This document shows positions 62,247 through 64,000 of a DNA stretch of 64,000 nucleotides, one piece after another. The DNA is from Macrostomum lignano (taxonomy: Eukaryota). The position numbers and the translations under genes are program-made. The stretch is taken from positions 207,025-271,024 of the forward strand of contig NIVC01001547.1 in NCBI GenBank assembly GCA_002269645.1, given 5' to 3'. The notes beneath the pieces are model-generated. The model was not told the DNA's origin and made no database searches. It was given only the letters and a program-made list of their open reading frames with translations. Positions within the stretch are counted from its first letter, which is position 1; each line of letters opens with the position of its first letter.

Positions 62247-64000
62247 TTATATTTGAGTAGGAGGTTTTTCCAAATAAGCAGTAGAGGGAAAAACATAACC
62301 AAACGACGTACTACCACATACAACCGCACCACGAATAAAATGTGCAGCATCCGCTCCACCAGTTCGAGCACCAAAACCCATAAGGGTTCCAGATTTATCT
62401 AAAGTTCCCCAAGTTCCACTATCATATGTGAAAACGTTCTGTCCAATGAGGGTAAAAGAATCACCAGCAACATTGTATGACTGTAATCGGTACCAAACCC
62501 TTTGATTTAAAATATTAATTTCAAAAAGATGCCAATCGCCGTTATCAATATTAGCATAGGCTACAGTTTGATCCGCATCACTACTAACATCGTTACGAAC
62601 CGTAGATCCGTCTGATTTTTTATTACTCCAAACAACTCCAAACCTATCATGCCACTCACTTGCAAAAACTATCAATCCGGCGTCGGTTGATAACCCGGAT
62701 CCAAATTCCGATGTTGGACGTTGGTGACAGTATGCATAAAACCAAACCGCATCTGCACCATTTCCTGTAGCATTAGCAACTCGGAAAAGAAAGACGCAAG
62801 ACGCAGATATATTTTGAAAATGTGTGAAATTAAATTGTAAAGCCCCACTTACACCTGCGGTTTCACGAGTAATTCTAGCTCCATTTTGATAATCGATATA
62901 AGAAGCGTCACCAATTAAAGAACCGACTGGATATATATCTCCGGCGGTTGTTGGATTTTGATATCCAGACCAATTACAAATTACTGGTTCGAACAAGGCC
63001 GCATCAATAGCAGGTATTCCATCCAATTTATTTTTATCGCTTCCAGACATTCTACCATTTGATGTTGGAGTAGCTAGCTGATCTACGTACGCTCGCGGAA
63101 CTGCAGAAAGTATTTGAGTTGGCCAATTAAGATCTTGAATTTCAACACGGTGTTCAAATAATTGTATTTGACGAACCTCGATAGGTTGTGTACCGGTACC
63201 ACCAGTTGGGAAGAATACGCTATAATATTTCCAAAAATTAGTCGTTAAATTAGATAGAGCAAATGATGTTGCTTGAACTGGTGATCCCGACGTAGTTAAT
63301 GTTGTCCATGAATCGGTAGCAACATTTTTTGCGCGAACCGACCACCCGAGGGTATCTCAATTGTTTCACTGCCTGTAATTCTTAATTCAAATATTCTTCT
63401 ATTATAACCTAAAAATTCAAATTGAATTTCCATATTGGTTGTGGTTCCGGTATTTGGTGACCATTGTGTCGCAAGGCTTCCATCTCCAACTCGAAAAGCT
63501 GTGTTGCCATTTTCAGATGCTGTAAGAACAACATCAGGATTTGAAGTATTTGATGTAAGCGGCGTGGTAAAAATATCGGCGTCGGTTGCATTAGCTCGCT
63601 CGTTTACTTGGCCTAGAGTTATCGAGTCTGCGTTCTCTGTTCCAAATAATAAATTTGTTAATTTAAAATTATTCATATTAATATTACCACTACGAGTGGC
63701 AACTTGATTATCGACATAGTTCTTATCAACACTGAATCACTAGTTGTGATTGAAACATTTATAATTCGGTTGTTGCTCATATCTAGGTTTCCGGTTGCGG
63801 TGGTTTGAACATAACGTGAATCAGAATCAGTTCGAGAATAAGAATCAGTTACATCTCTTTTTAAATTTAATCCATTATCAACTTCGGTTTTGGTATAAGA
63901 ATCGGCGTTCCGTTTCAAAATTTAATGAATTATCAACTTCGGTTTGTATAAGAATCGGCTTGTATTGCGTTTTAAATTTAATGAATTTATCAACCTCTGT
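62247..64000 (-). pseudogene. Fibre/spike-like protein: shaft repeats, discoidin (F5/8C-like) domain and L-type lectin head; frameshifts near 63735 and 63350
   Basis: YTKTEVD repeats; GNLDMSNNRIIN and KNYVD...GNINMNNFKLTNL; AFRVGDG...TQW...IQFEF...KYY...EVRQIQLF; MSGSDKNKLDGI; GNGADAVWFY...MGFGARTGG...H. Confidence 0.7.

Larger units (their letters stand above)
52765..64000. mobile_element. Polinton/Maverick (adintovirus-like) endogenous element, left part, decayed; continues beyond the window
   Basis: AGTAGT terminus, abrupt switch to AT-rich, densely packed intronless ORFs with AAAATG starts, protein-primed PolB, core-protein-like and fibre-like genes. Integrase, ATPase, protease and capsid genes are not seen in this window. 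Confidence 0.85.

Overview
Repeat-rich eukaryotic (intron-containing, most likely invertebrate animal) DNA in three zones. The satellite/TE mix and WSC/caspase gene content are reminiscent of flatworms such as Macrostomum, but the species cannot be confirmed from sequence alone. Zone 1 (1-26 kb) is a satellite zone with 79-, 58-, 17- and 23-bp tandem arrays. The 17-bp array has a ~0.8-1.3 kb higher-order landmark and is interrupted by a full-length but damaged Ty3/Gypsy element (tRNA-iMet PBS, -1 frameshift signal with pseudoknot), a Penelope-like element with an 879-bp inverted 3' duplication carrying hammerhead-like motifs, and an unassigned 1.26-kb insert. Zone 2 (27-51 kb) is a gene zone: a DD41D (rosa-type) Tc1/mariner, SINEs, a WSC+PAN-like secreted protein gene and three unusual caspase-family genes. 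Manual splicing shows two of these genes join a catalytically dead caspase module to a His/Cys-intact caspase module in one ~1000-aa chain; this is the best candidate for an undescribed system. Zone 3 (51.6-64 kb) holds a SWIM/USP-peptidase remnant cut off by the left part of a decayed Polinton/adintovirus-like element: AGTAGT fold-back terminus, GxG-rich core proteins, protein-primed PolB with an EndoVII insert, and a fibre-like gene with discoidin and L-lectin domains. That element hosts a mariner with an intact DD34D transposase and runs off the right edge. Most ORF-track entries at 0.3-1.4, 4.3-7.2 and 12-24 kb are satellite artefacts. Several frameshifts fall in homopolymers and may be assembly errors. 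All protein family calls are by visual motif recognition; no database search was run.
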